The notes: a model not told the origin generated them from the sequence alone. 64,000 bases of DNA from Vampirovibrionaceae bacterium NZW_1234 (GCA_041697335.1 JBGUGD010000031.1:32001-96000); one strand, 5' to 3'. Numbered from the stretch's first letter, positions 37,857 to 48,212 are shown. Numbers and translations are program-made.

Positions 37857-39290
37857 ATGCGCGGCATGAATCCCAACATAGGCTTTGGTACATCGGCCCC
37901 AAACCCTTATACCCGATTTTATAGCACGTCCAGCCCATCCGGAAGCAGCACGTTTCGGGCCAGCGGATCAGGTGATTTTTATATCAGCACCGTCTCTGAC
38001 GTCATGGGAACACGGCGCATAGCTGCAACCTCCGATCCCAATGCCGTGTTTCAGAACATGGATCCGATGTCCTATGGGATGCCCGACACAGGGGCAATGA
38101 ACGTTTATGGCTATGACCTTGGGTATCCGGGATTTACCCCGGAGCCGACCAGCTTCTACCCACCCCCCAAGCAATGGCTGAGCCCCAATGCCATGGTTCC
38201 CGGCGTCAACCCCTTTAGCCAAGTACGGCCCAACAATCCGGGACCGTCCTCCCCCTTCAGCGCAAGATTCCCAAGCATCGTACAGGACACCCCGACAAGC
38301 TCCTCCCGTATTTCACTCTGGGGAATCGACATTGATTTAAAAGAATTCCTTAATACAGCTGTTGTCCTTGCCACAGCCCGAGCTTTGACCAAGTCCACCA
38401 AGCCCAATGGCGACACAACCACCGGCGGTGATACGACCACGGGTGGCGATACCACCACAGGCGGTGATACGACCACAGGCGGCGATACGACCACAGGCGG
38501 CGACACCACTACCGGCGGCGATACGACCACAGGCGGCGACACCACTACCGGCGGCGACACGACCACGGGTGGCGATACCACCACCGGAGGCGACACCACT
38601 ACCGGTGGCGATACAACCACAGGTGGCGATACAACCACAGGTGGTGATACAACCACAGGTGGCGATACGACCACTGACGGTGACACGACCACAGGCGGTG
38701 ACACGACCACTGACGGCGATACGACCACAGGCGATGATACAACCACAGGTGGCGATACGACCACTGACGGCGATACGACCACAGGCGATGATACAACCAC
38801 AGGTGGCGATACGACCACAGGCGATGATACAACCACAGGCGGTGACACGACCACTGACGGTGACACGACCACAGGTGGTGACACGACCACTGACGGTGAC
38901 ACGACCACAGACGGTGACACAACTACCGGCGGCGACACCACCACAGGCGGTGACACGACCACAGGTGGTGACACGACCACTGACGGTGACACAACCACTG
39001 ACGGTGATACGACCACAGGCGGTGACACGACCACAGACGGTGACACCACCACAGGCGGGGATACGACCACTGACGGCGATACGACCACAGGCGGGGATAC
39101 GACCACGGGTGGTGACACAACCACCGGCGATGGCGACGATACCATCAATGGCGACAACTCCGCCGGTGATGGCGACGATACCGTCAATGGCGACAACTCT
39201 GCCGGTGGTGGAGACGATACCGTCAATGGCGATGACACTTCCGGTGGCGAAGGTGATCCCGGTGATGATGACAGTGACCCGGATCAATAA
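37857..39290 (+). CDS. Low-complexity repeat protein with 40 x (G/D)(G/D)DTTT and an RTX-like acidic tail
   Basis: AGGAG SD; third-position variation among repeat units preserves this reading frame. Confidence 0.85.
   Translation: MRGMNPNIGFGTSAPNPYTRFYSTSSPSGSSTFRASGSGDFYISTVSDVMGTRRIAATSDPNAVFQNMDPMSYGMPDTGAMNVYGYDLGYPGFTPEPTSFYPPPKQWLSPNAMVPGVNPFSQVRPNNPGPSSPFSARFPSIVQDTPTSSSRISLWGIDIDLKEFLNTAVVLATARALTKSTKPNGDTTTGGDTTTGGDTTTGGDTTTGGDTTTGGDTTTGGDTTTGGDTTTGGDTTTGGDTTTGGDTTTGGDTTTGGDTTTGGDTTTGGDTTTDGDTTTGGDTTTDGDTTTGDDTTTGGDTTTDGDTTTGDDTTTGGDTTTGDDTTTGGDTTTDGDTTTGGDTTTDGDTTTDGDTTTGGDTTTGGDTTTGGDTTTDGDTTTDGDTTTGGDTTTDGDTTTGGDTTTDGDTTTGGDTTTGGDTTTGDGDDTINGDNSAGDGDDTVNGDNSAGGGDDTVNGDDTSGGEGDPGDDDSDPDQ
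38406..39125 (+). repeat. 18-bp coding tandem repeat, 40 units
   Basis: 720 bp of GGY-GGY-GAY-ACN-ACC-ACN type units. Confidence 0.95.
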
Positions 39291-39519
39291 GCCACGCTTT
39301 GGCTCGTCATAGAATCATTGCGGACTCTGACCAGGTGTTTTGAAAAATCTAAAACTGGGTATAGGGCTGTCTTCCCAAACGATGAATTTGGTTTACACCA
39401 GCGTCAATAATCCTCTACAAAGCTGTAAACCTGTGGCCAGAAGCCGTCCTTGATATTGGTGCCGGCCTTTCCCAAGTACGCGGCCAAACCCACGTTTGCC
39501 AACAGGACGTGTTACAGTA

Positions 39520-40998
39520 TTATACGCGAGGCGTCGGTTCAGGCACCGGTAATACGGGATTGGACACTTGAAAATCCGGCTCTTGCGGTGCCCTCTCTTC
39601 CGGCATCGTCGAGCGACCGACCGTGCCCGAAGCCAGGTTACCCGCCGGTGGCGGAGCATCGGGCTTTTTCATGGCTTTGTCCGCCTTTTTGCGGACCTCA
39701 CGTAGAAACTCATCGAGCTCTTTAAACTTCACGTCCAGTTTATCGAAATTATCAAGGCGAGCCTCCAGTAAGGCTTCCGCGCCCTTGGGTCCAGCCTTTG
39801 CCGAGTCTCCCTGGGACACAGAGCTATTCTCGGTGCGCTCGCCCGAGAACGAATCCGATGTGGTTAATTCTGCCGGCCGAGCCGATTCGCTCGTCCCTTC
39901 AGACTCGACATTGGAAGGTCCCTCGGTATTGCCCTCACTCTGAGGATTCGCATCCTGCTCAGCCTTGATCAAGGCATCGGCGGTGGGAAGGTTTCCGGCC
40001 ATTTCCCCCAACAGGGCCTCAGAAATATCCAAGCCTTTTTCGATACGCTCTAACAGTCGCTCCAGAGCCACCACCGCATTTTTTGCATCCGGATTGGTGC
40101 CGGCACTGCTGCGCATTTTTTCAAGCTTCTTAATCAGGCCTTCCTTCACCATCATCAGGTTCAGGTCACCCTTCATCTGCTTCATCAGACGATCCGAGGT
40201 CAGATTGATGAGGCGCATGTCTTTTTCACCGGCAATTTGATCAATATACTCGGCCTCGGATGAATACTTGTTCTCCCCCGGCAGATCCCCTGGCTTGTTG
40301 GCATCGGGCATTTCCCCGGGCGGACCCATTCGAGACGCTTCCGCCTGAGACGCGTCCGCAGGCATTCCCCCGGGTATTGGAGACGGATTAGGCATGGCCC
40401 CGGCATCTGCTCCGGGTAAGGGAACTCCGCCAACATTCGGATTGGCTCCCGGATCGCCCAAAAGCCCGCCCATGGCGGTCATGGACTGGAGCATACTGGC
40501 ATTTTCCAGGTCTTCCAGACGGGTTTTCAACACCCGAAAGCGCCCTTCAATATTTTTGAGAATGTCCATGGCAATCTTCATCCGGGAGAACAGTCGGCCA
40601 ATGGAATTCGAACAAATCCGACGCTTGAACACTTCCCAGTATTCCCCGACCATCCCGGCGATGCGGGTCATATGAAATTCCAATGCCGAGGTACGCTCGC
40701 GCAGTATCTTAATCTGTTCGGAAATCGGCTTATTGCTCAACTTGGACTGATCGGCCTGGGCTTTTTTCTCGTTTTCGGCTTTCTCTTTTTTAGCCTTCTC
40801 GGCTTTTTCCAACTCCGCCAGGCGCGCCTGATCCCGCTTCCATCGGGCCAACACAGATGCCATGGCCGCCATATCATCGGGAGACATCCCGAATCCGGGG
40901 AAGGCATCGCGACTGTCGGTGCTTTGCTGCACCTGCCGACGTAAGGATGTAAAAAGCGTGCTTGCCGCCTCTGTGCCGGAAATACCCAAGCGCGTCAT
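39520..40998 (-). CDS. Hypothetical coiled-coil protein with Pro/Gly-rich linkers
   Basis: Long ORF with charged heptad helices; AGGACAGG upstream of MTRLG (ORF track start 41049). Confidence 0.75.
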   Translation of the reverse strand: MTRLGISGTEAASTLFTSLRRQVQQSTDSRDAFPGFGMSPDDMAAMASVLARWKRDQARLAELEKAEKAKKEKAENEKKAQADQSKLSNKPISEQIKILRERTSALEFHMTRIAGMVGEYWEVFKRRICSNSIGRLFSRMKIAMDILKNIEGRFRVLKTRLEDLENASMLQSMTAMGGLLGDPGANPNVGGVPLPGADAGAMPNPSPIPGGMPADASQAEASRMGPPGEMPDANKPGDLPGENKYSSEAEYIDQIAGEKDMRLINLTSDRLMKQMKGDLNLMMVKEGLIKKLEKMRSSAGTNPDAKNAVVALERLLERIEKGLDISEALLGEMAGNLPTADALIKAEQDANPQSEGNTEGPSNVESEGTSESARPAELTTSDSFSGERTENSSVSQGDSAKAGPKGAEALLEARLDNFDKLDVKFKELDEFLREVRKKADKAMKKPDAPPPAGNLASGTVGRSTMPEERAPQEPDFQVSNPVLPVPEPTPRV

Positions 40999-41096
40999 AC
41001 GATTGCCCAAATAACCTGTCCTATGTGTATAAAACCAAATTTCATCCAATTTGTGATACTGGACTGAAAATAAGCGTCAACACAGAGGATACAGGT

Positions 41097-41909
41097 TTAA
41101 GTCGGCCCGATGGCTTCTTGCAACGAGGCCAAAATCGGAGCAATGCCCTCGGGATTCCAGGAGTGATCATCCACCCGAGCCACCGGCACCAGGCCTCGAA
41201 CGGCATTGGTTATAAACAGGCCCTTGGCCGTCTTCAGGTGGTCTGGGCCATAGCACCCAGCCTCGGTGGCAAGGCCCAACTCCAGGGCGGCATCCAAAAC
41301 GGCCTGCCGCATCAACCCCGGTAAACAGCCCACCGGGTCGGGATCCGGGGTAAAGAGCGTGTCATCGTGACCAATCCAAAACACATTGGCGTAGGCGGAT
41401 TCCGCAATTTCACCCCGGGCATTGCATCGAAGAATATCGTTAAACCCGGCCTGGCGGGCTTGTTGCCAGAAATAGCCTTCCTGCAGATAACTCATGTGCT
41501 TGTGGGTGGCAAAAGGCCGATCGTAGCCGACCGTTCGCAAGGCCACCGGCTTAGTGGCCCCCGAAGGCAGGGGGCGCAGGGACAGAAACGGGGTGGTCGG
41601 CACCCGGCCGGGCTCGGCAGCCCCAAGAAACGGATTGCCCACCAACGAAATACGCAGCACCTGAGACGCCTGGATGTGCCGCCCTCGGAAGGCCTCCAGC
41701 ATGGCAACAAACGCCGCCTCGCTTTGCCATGGGCACCGTAGTTGAAAAAAAGCACTATCGCGCATCAGCCGGGCCCAATGCCTTTCGGGCCAGCGTAGGG
41801 GGGTATCCGGGGCAATGGCCATGGTGGTAAAAATGCCGTAGCCGTTGAGAAGCCCATCCGGCAGTTGTGTCGGCTCAATTTCCCCGGCCTCGGTCCAGGT
41901 GAAATACAT
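41097..41909 (-). CDS. Aminotransferase class IV (4-amino-4-deoxychorismate lyase PabC-like)
   Basis: GYGIFTTM, HWARL, HKHMSY (PLP Lys), ESAYANVF, CLPGLMR, FITNAVRG. Confidence 0.88.
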   Translation of the reverse strand: MYFTWTEAGEIEPTQLPDGLLNGYGIFTTMAIAPDTPLRWPERHWARLMRDSAFFQLRCPWQSEAAFVAMLEAFRGRHIQASQVLRISLVGNPFLGAAEPGRVPTTPFLSLRPLPSGATKPVALRTVGYDRPFATHKHMSYLQEGYFWQQARQAGFNDILRCNARGEIAESAYANVFWIGHDDTLFTPDPDPVGCLPGLMRQAVLDAALELGLATEAGCYGPDHLKTAKGLFITNAVRGLVPVARVDDHSWNPEGIAPILASLQEAIGPT

Positions 41910-41910
41910 C

Positions 41911-43263
41911 TTAACGGGCCTTGGCCTGGATAATGCGCTCTACCAGCTTGCGCATCGAGGGCGACACATTGGCCTGCGTCACGGTTTGGGTCAGACGCTG
42001 GGCAAATTCGACCTTGTCGAACAATCCAAGCCCCAATTCCGGCCACAGGCGCTGAAGCACCTTGACCCGGCTTTCGCCATCGCGTTGCTTCAGCTCGGAC
42101 ACCGTCAGGGTTCGGGTGGTGTGGTAGCACTGGTTCACGGTCTTCACCACCAGGTCCCAGCTGTAAATGTCTTCGAACTCCCCCTCTTCGAGAATAAAAA
42201 TCTCATCACCCGGGCGCTGGTAGAAGGCCAGATCCGGCAGCATGTTCTGGGCATCTTTATCGAGAACAATGCTGATGGGCACCGCCAGCTGCTCGGCATA
42301 GGCCACGTATTGTTGCAACATCTGGTTCTTCCCCCCCACGGACAAAACCAGGATGCCTTCGCGGTTGAGGTCATACTTCAAGGCCCGGGCCACTGCGGGA
42401 ATGAGAAGCTCCTCGGTGCTTCCCTCGGCAAGTACCAGCTCCTGAATGGGTTTTGGAAAATTCGCCGCCTCGGAAAAATCCGGAAACACTTCAGCCGACC
42501 AGGTGCGAAGGAGCGGAAGCATTTTCGTCAGCCAACGCTCGGCATCATCGTCAATGGTCCAGCCTTCGCCCAATTTCTCTCGCATGAAGGCCTCGATTTT
42601 CGCCAGGCGGTTGAGGGGCGGAAAAACATCGGCCTGGGTGTCGTCCCGGAATCGGGCCAACAGGGTCGACCAGGGAAAAACCACCGTTAAGCGACGGCAG
42701 AACCAATACGCCTGAAAGGGCGAAATGGACTCGGGGGCATTGGTCACCTGCATCATGAAATCCGAACGATACCCCTGGGACTCCAGAAGCTGCGCCAACA
42801 AGGCCGGGTCCTGATTGGGCTTGAAATAATGGCTGTGGACGCCGCCTTCATGATGGGCTTCGAGCAGGGCCATGTCCTCGGAGACCAGGGCCACCAGATC
42901 GTACTCCAGCATTTCTTCATGAGCGATTAGCAGGGCAATCAGCCGGTCCATCGGGCTGGGTTCCAGGGCCTGGCGCCCTACGGAGGCCGACAAAATCAGC
43001 TGGGCCATTTGTTCCAACGTAATCAAGGGCAGGCCTTCCAGCTGGTTTCGAGCAAACTGGGGAGATAACAGGCCTTTGTGAATCAGCTTCAAATATTGGT
43101 CGTAATCGCGTTGGGGCGGAAACTCCAGGCGCAGAAACCGGTTCGTGCTGGAATACAGGGTTGCCGGCGGCAAGGGGCGGAGCTGGTAGGACTGGATCGT
43201 CTCCAATCCGGCCAAAACGGCCTCAAGTGTCAGGGGATGAAATTGTGCTGAAGCGTCCGTCAA
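41911..43263 (-). CDS. Protein with C-terminal OLD-like TOPRIM domain
   Basis: LVLAEGSTEE, VGGK, VLDKDA, GEFEDIY, KVEFA; no ATPase motifs seen. Confidence 0.75.
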   Translation of the reverse strand: MTDASAQFHPLTLEAVLAGLETIQSYQLRPLPPATLYSSTNRFLRLEFPPQRDYDQYLKLIHKGLLSPQFARNQLEGLPLITLEQMAQLILSASVGRQALEPSPMDRLIALLIAHEEMLEYDLVALVSEDMALLEAHHEGGVHSHYFKPNQDPALLAQLLESQGYRSDFMMQVTNAPESISPFQAYWFCRRLTVVFPWSTLLARFRDDTQADVFPPLNRLAKIEAFMREKLGEGWTIDDDAERWLTKMLPLLRTWSAEVFPDFSEAANFPKPIQELVLAEGSTEELLIPAVARALKYDLNREGILVLSVGGKNQMLQQYVAYAEQLAVPISIVLDKDAQNMLPDLAFYQRPGDEIFILEEGEFEDIYSWDLVVKTVNQCYHTTRTLTVSELKQRDGESRVKVLQRLWPELGLGLFDKVEFAQRLTQTVTQANVSPSMRKLVERIIQAKAR

Positions 43264-43372
43264 GTGATTTGCCTATGCCCTTTATGAACAGATACCGACG
43301 TTTGGGCTGGTGCCCGTTGCAATTTACGGATACAATTATAACGAAAATGCGTTCGTAACTTTGGGGTATTTT

Positions 43373-43954
43373 GTGGCTGAAACGTCAAACCCGACCCGGC
43401 AGACCGTCACCCATTCGGATCTCTTGATTCGCCGGATGGCCTTTGCCGATATTCCCAAGCTGATGCCCATTGAATCTGTCTCTTTCGGGCGGCATCACTG
43501 GTCGGAAGACTCCTTTCGCTATGAAATCAAGAACCAGATCGGGCGCTACTATTCGCTCATCGACAAACGCTATGATCGCTTGATAGGTTACTGCGGCTAT
43601 TGGATTATCGTGGACGAAGCCCATATCACGACCATTGCCGTTGACCACGAGTACCGGGGCAATGGGCTGGGCGAGTTGATGCTCGTCAAAATGCTGGACC
43701 GGATGATGGGTCAAAGTATTCATTGGGCGACACTGGAAGTGCGGGTCAGCAACTTCTCGGCCCAGCAGCTCTACTATAAATACCGGTTCCGCAGCATGGG
43801 CACCCGGCCTCACTACTATCAGGACACCGACGAGGATGCTCTGATTATGACCACCGACAACATTCTGACCCAGGAATTCCGGGACCACTTCCGGCCGCTG
43901 AAGACGGCCTTGAAAGAGCGCCTCGGCGGGGCCTTGCCCGAAGGAGCCGATTAG
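43373..43954 (+). CDS. rimI: Ribosomal-protein-alanine N-acetyltransferase RimI
   Basis: GYCGYWIIVDEAHITTIAV, YRGNGLG, TLEVRVSN, YYQDTDEDALIM. Confidence 0.92.
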   Translation: MAETSNPTRQTVTHSDLLIRRMAFADIPKLMPIESVSFGRHHWSEDSFRYEIKNQIGRYYSLIDKRYDRLIGYCGYWIIVDEAHITTIAVDHEYRGNGLGELMLVKMLDRMMGQSIHWATLEVRVSNFSAQQLYYKYRFRSMGTRPHYYQDTDEDALIMTTDNILTQEFRDHFRPLKTALKERLGGALPEGAD

Positions 43955-43956
43955 CA

Positions 43957-44667
43957 ATGGCCGACACCCTCACCCCTTCGGCAGACGTCATCGATATTCT
44001 GGAACGGGTCGGCGACCTGGAGCAACCCAACAAGACGCTCTTGCGCAAAGTTTCTCAGCCTCCCAAGCGGCTCCACATGCCTTTGTTCCTGTCCATGGTT
44101 TGGGGCGTGGTGCTCCTGGGCTTTTCGGCCATGGTGGTGGTGACCTTGCCGGACCCCATTGCGGCCTACCACCATCAGACCGAGTGGCTGCGGTATTCCT
44201 TTCAGGTCCCTGCCCTGATTCTGGTGTCAGGTCTTCTGGGTCGGCGCTATGGTACGGCAACGGTTCTGGGTTATTTGATTGCCGGGTTTCTGGGTCTGCC
44301 CCTCTTCGCCAACGGCGGGGGTGTTTCCTATCTGCAATCCATTACGGTTGGCTACCTGGCCGCTTTTGCCCTGGTTCCCATGACCCTGCACCGGGTTCTC
44401 TACTATGTTTACCGGGATGCAGGCTGGTTTAAGGGGCGTTCCCTGTGGCTGGCCCTGTGTGCCGTTATGGGCGTGGGATTGATTCACGGCTTTGGGGCGG
44501 TGGGCCTTGGTGTTCATGCCCTTGTGGGCTCCTTGACCTGGGGTGAAGCGGCCCTATGGATTCAGCAATTCAGCTGGCCGGTGATTCTGTACGACCTGGC
44601 CTTTGGCATTGCCGCCCTGGGCCTGGTGCGGATGCTTCGCATCGTTTTCTGGTTCTGTCTGTACTAG
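43957..44667 (+). CDS. bioY: Biotin transporter BioY (cyanobacterial type)
   Basis: SFQV, YLIAGFLGLPLFANGGG, TVGYLAAF; multi-TM. Confidence 0.88.
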   Translation: MADTLTPSADVIDILERVGDLEQPNKTLLRKVSQPPKRLHMPLFLSMVWGVVLLGFSAMVVVTLPDPIAAYHHQTEWLRYSFQVPALILVSGLLGRRYGTATVLGYLIAGFLGLPLFANGGGVSYLQSITVGYLAAFALVPMTLHRVLYYVYRDAGWFKGRSLWLALCAVMGVGLIHGFGAVGLGVHALVGSLTWGEAALWIQQFSWPVILYDLAFGIAALGLVRMLRIVFWFCLY

Positions 44668-44767
44668 GGATTCATCACCTCGTCTCTCTTTCTAACTTCT
44701 AACTTCTGACTTCCGGCTTATTTCCAGCGGTCATGGCCTCTGCTCGGTCCATAAAGATGTGGTTTTG

Positions 44768-44794
44768 ACCGTGTGGCCAATTTGGCCACACGGT
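44768..44794. repeat. Perfect 13-bp inverted repeat
   Basis: ACCGTGTGGCCAA-T-TTGGCCACACGGT in the gap between convergent genes. Confidence 0.8.
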
Positions 44795-45061
44795 GATGCA
44801 GCCCTATGGGGAATGGGGTTTTCGTTTTGATTCTGTTTTTCGTTGAAAGCGTCATCTGTTCGATACACCGTCTTTTTTTATTGGTATTGTTCCCATATTG
44901 AGAGGCTTTTAAACGTTCTTAATTCCAAAAATGCAACAAATAATAGATTCTTAATATTTCAACGCCCAATTTCAGCCCAAATAAAGGGTTTACAACAAAA
45001 ATTACCCTGTTATCATCTTCCAAAAAGGGTTTTTAGCCAGTTTTCAGGAAAAACGCATCAT

Positions 45062-47914
45062 TTAGGTGTGATGCAGGGGTGCGGGGTCGGTGCCCATTTT
45101 CTTGGAGGCTGCGACCAGACCGGGGTGTTCGTTCGAGCCGGTCACCAAGCGGGTGACCCAGAACTGGAGCTGGGGAATCAAAATCCCCACTCCCACCATG
45201 GAAGCGGTAATGGCAGCACCCCAAACGCCATAGCGCCACATGGCGTTGCGCCGCCCCAGGGGTTGAAGGACCTTCGTGGCGAATTCGGACGCGGCGATGG
45301 ACGTCCGCTTGGTCTTCTTCAGGTGCGCGCCCAGTTCGTTTTGAACCATACGTAGGTAGGGGTTTACCGTGCCTTTCATTTCCTTCATGGCCGTTTCTTC
45401 AAAGAAATGCTCGGCTTCCGTGGGCATCCGGTTTAAAATGCCCAGCCCCATGCGATAGAGCGTCTCACTGTTCTGGATGCCGCCTTTCAGGATCCGGGCA
45501 ATCTGCTGATCCAATTGCTGAACATAGGCTTTGGGCGAGCCTGCCATGGAGCGGGTCAACATGACCGCAAAGCGGCCTTCCTGTTCCAGGGCCTTGCCCG
45601 TCAACAGACGCTGGATCTGGGTGCCGTAGGTCTGAATCAATCGCTGCTGATGGGGGTGTTTTGCGGTGAGTTTGGCCAGGGATTCGGTGACGCCCAGAAT
45701 CCGCTGGGACATGACCTGATCAATGGGTGTTTTGCCATCTAAAAGAGGCGCAACCAGGCGCAGATCCTCGGCTAAATGGCCGAGCCCCTGTCCCTGGAGC
45801 CAACGCAGCATGCGAGGATATGTCCGGCCATTGGTTTCCAGGAGCTGGGCCAGGGTTTCCATGGATTTGGGACTAATCGCGTTCCCCTCTTTCAGGGCCG
45901 TGCGCAGGGCCGCTATGCCCTTGGCCAGTCGTTGTGCCGAAGCATTCTTGGCCACTTTCCCGCCTTGGCCTTTAATGGCTTCGGCGTACCCGGCTAAGAC
46001 ACCGTCCAATTTAGACCGTACAAAGGTCTCCAGGGGAACATTTTCCAGTGTCGCCCGCTCCACACAGCGCACCACGGTTTCCAGATTGGCGGCCGTCGCA
46101 TGGCTCATGGCCTGGGTGAGGTGGGCGGCATTCAAGCTGCTGCGCAGGGCGGTGGCAATGGACTGGCCGCCCCCCAGCTTTGCCGCCAGCCGCAAGCGGC
46201 CCACCAGGGCTTCTTGCTGCTGAGATGTCAGCTTACCCGCCAGATGGCTCAAAACCTGTTTTTCCAACTCCAGACCGCTGAGACCGGCATGTTGGTGAAA
46301 AGCCAGCTTCACTGCGGTCTGCACATTAAATAGCGCGGCATCGGATACGCCCTTGACGGATTTATAAAGTCCCTGGCGATTGGCCAGACGCCTCAGAAGA
46401 CTTTCCAACTGTTCTGCCGTCAGGCTCTCGCCTGGCTTGACTATGGCCGTCAAGTCTTTTTGAAGCAGCTTCAGAAGCGATTGGGTCTGTTTCAGCTCCT
46501 GGGGTGAGCGAGTCATCCCCAAGGCCTGGTTTTCAGCAAGGGTCTTAAAGGCCTCCACAGGCGCCTGCAAGACGCCTTTTCTCAGTTGCTTGGCCACATT
46601 GCCAAACTCCGGGTGGACCTGGCCGTTCAGCAGTTCGTTCAGGCGGGCGGCCGTCACCGGTTGGTTGCCCAATTGCTTGACAAGCGCCTGGTTGACGCGG
46701 TGCCCCACTTGTTCATCAAGGTTGATGACCGCACTGGTGTCCCGCTTGAAGACGGATTGGGTCAGTTTCTTGAACCAGCCGGTGTTCATGGCCTTGCTGG
46801 ACAGATCCATGATGAGGGGCACGGACATGAGATAGAAGAAGAGGTTTCCGATTTCTTTCAAGACAATTTCCAGGGATTCAAAGGGGCTTCTGGGCCAGGC
46901 GGTTGCCACACGCCCGCCACTGATAGCGGCATCCACCACCAGGACTTCGCCATAGGCGGTGTTGTTGACCCAGTGACCAACCTGGCTGAGCTTGGAGAGA
47001 CCCGTAAGCAACGCCGAGCCGAACCGGGGTCGCTGTCCCGGGGAAGCGCTATGCTCCTGGCCATAGAATCGAGGATAGGTTCCGTAGGCCGGGTATTGGC
47101 CATAGCCAGCATTGTAGGGGTAGCTGTAAGGTGCTGCCGGGTAAGAAGAAGGCCCCATGCCTGTTCCATAAGGCTGAACAGGCATGGTGGTGGCCGTATA
47201 ATCGGATGGATTTAAATCGCTGGCAACGGTGTTGTTGATACGCCGCCGAGCTGAAGTCATCAGTTCGGCAAGGTCCTCGACCGGCGTTGCCGGGACCGTC
47301 GAGTTGGATACAGACTTAAGACGCTTTTCAGGGGCTGGTGACGAGGAGGATGTCTCCGGTTTGGCCTTCTCTCCCGCAGGATGGCCGCCATAATATTTCT
47401 TCAGAAGCCAATCGGTTTTCAGCTGGTTCACTTTGGGAATAACGTAGCCGCACACCACCATGGGGACGGTCACGGCAATGATCCACTTTAGCCCTTTCAG
47501 GAGCATGGTGTTCTTCAGGCCGCCAAAGCTGTGGCTAAAGCGCTCCAGGGGGGACAATAGAATGGAGGGTTTCTTCTGGCGGGCCGTGAGCTGTTGCATA
47601 AAATCCTTAGACCAATCGGCCTGGGAATAAATGCCGCGCAGGTTCCCTTTCTTCTGAAAGTGCTCTACCAGCCAGTCCATGCCCTTAGACATGGCCCGAA
47701 CCCCGAAGAGCCAGACCACGGCCGTAACCACTTCTTCAAAAATGCGTTCCTGGAACTCGAGAAACCCGCCGCGCTTGTTGCCCCAATAAGAACGCCCTAC
47801 GGTTACGGCGCCTTCGATGGGCAAAATCGGAGCCGAATTACCCGGCGCCTTATTGCTTAAGCGCGTCATAACCTGCTGGCGCAGGTAGGCATTGTTCAGG
47901 ATGCCTGACAACAT
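45062..47914 (-). CDS. Large lineage-specific membrane protein with two homologous modules
   Basis: Module 1 GRSYW..E..E.I.EE..WLFG ... GYVIPK; module 2 GGRV..E..E.V.KE..YLMS ... GILIPQ; Tyr/Pro-rich linker ending RPRFGS. Confidence 0.8.
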   Translation of the reverse strand: MLSGILNNAYLRQQVMTRLSNKAPGNSAPILPIEGAVTVGRSYWGNKRGGFLEFQERIFEEVVTAVVWLFGVRAMSKGMDWLVEHFQKKGNLRGIYSQADWSKDFMQQLTARQKKPSILLSPLERFSHSFGGLKNTMLLKGLKWIIAVTVPMVVCGYVIPKVNQLKTDWLLKKYYGGHPAGEKAKPETSSSSPAPEKRLKSVSNSTVPATPVEDLAELMTSARRRINNTVASDLNPSDYTATTMPVQPYGTGMGPSSYPAAPYSYPYNAGYGQYPAYGTYPRFYGQEHSASPGQRPRFGSALLTGLSKLSQVGHWVNNTAYGEVLVVDAAISGGRVATAWPRSPFESLEIVLKEIGNLFFYLMSVPLIMDLSSKAMNTGWFKKLTQSVFKRDTSAVINLDEQVGHRVNQALVKQLGNQPVTAARLNELLNGQVHPEFGNVAKQLRKGVLQAPVEAFKTLAENQALGMTRSPQELKQTQSLLKLLQKDLTAIVKPGESLTAEQLESLLRRLANRQGLYKSVKGVSDAALFNVQTAVKLAFHQHAGLSGLELEKQVLSHLAGKLTSQQQEALVGRLRLAAKLGGGQSIATALRSSLNAAHLTQAMSHATAANLETVVRCVERATLENVPLETFVRSKLDGVLAGYAEAIKGQGGKVAKNASAQRLAKGIAALRTALKEGNAISPKSMETLAQLLETNGRTYPRMLRWLQGQGLGHLAEDLRLVAPLLDGKTPIDQVMSQRILGVTESLAKLTAKHPHQQRLIQTYGTQIQRLLTGKALEQEGRFAVMLTRSMAGSPKAYVQQLDQQIARILKGGIQNSETLYRMGLGILNRMPTEAEHFFEETAMKEMKGTVNPYLRMVQNELGAHLKKTKRTSIAASEFATKVLQPLGRRNAMWRYGVWGAAITASMVGVGILIPQLQFWVTRLVTGSNEHPGLVAASKKMGTDPAPLHHT

Positions 47915-48212
47915 GCTATGGGTGGTACTCCCGTGCTAAAAATCCATCCACCCTGATTAAACCTCCTCAAGCGAGGCTGATGCTACTGGTTTATCTTTAC
48001 TCTAAAGTTATGTAAAGTTGAGGCGGAAAAACAGTACCGACGTCGGCTAAAAACCGCCGCAATCCAGGAGAATTCTCAATTTCACCAGGATGGCACAAAA
48101 TCAGGTTGAGCGGGTTTTATCCTGCATCATTTAATACGATCTGCCAGACCGGCAATAGGATATGTTAGGAGTGCCCCCGCATGTGGGGGAAAGATTGAGG
48201 GTTATATCGTCG

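Noticed and set aside
38406..39125. Possible CRISPR array
   Set aside because: Contiguous coding repeat without unique spacers, and no cas genes in the window.
38156..39312. Alternative-frame and antisense repeat ORFs (PPVVVS, AIRPQ, CGRI repeats)
   Set aside because: By-products of the 18-bp repeat; synonymous variation and the SD favour the GGDTTT frame.
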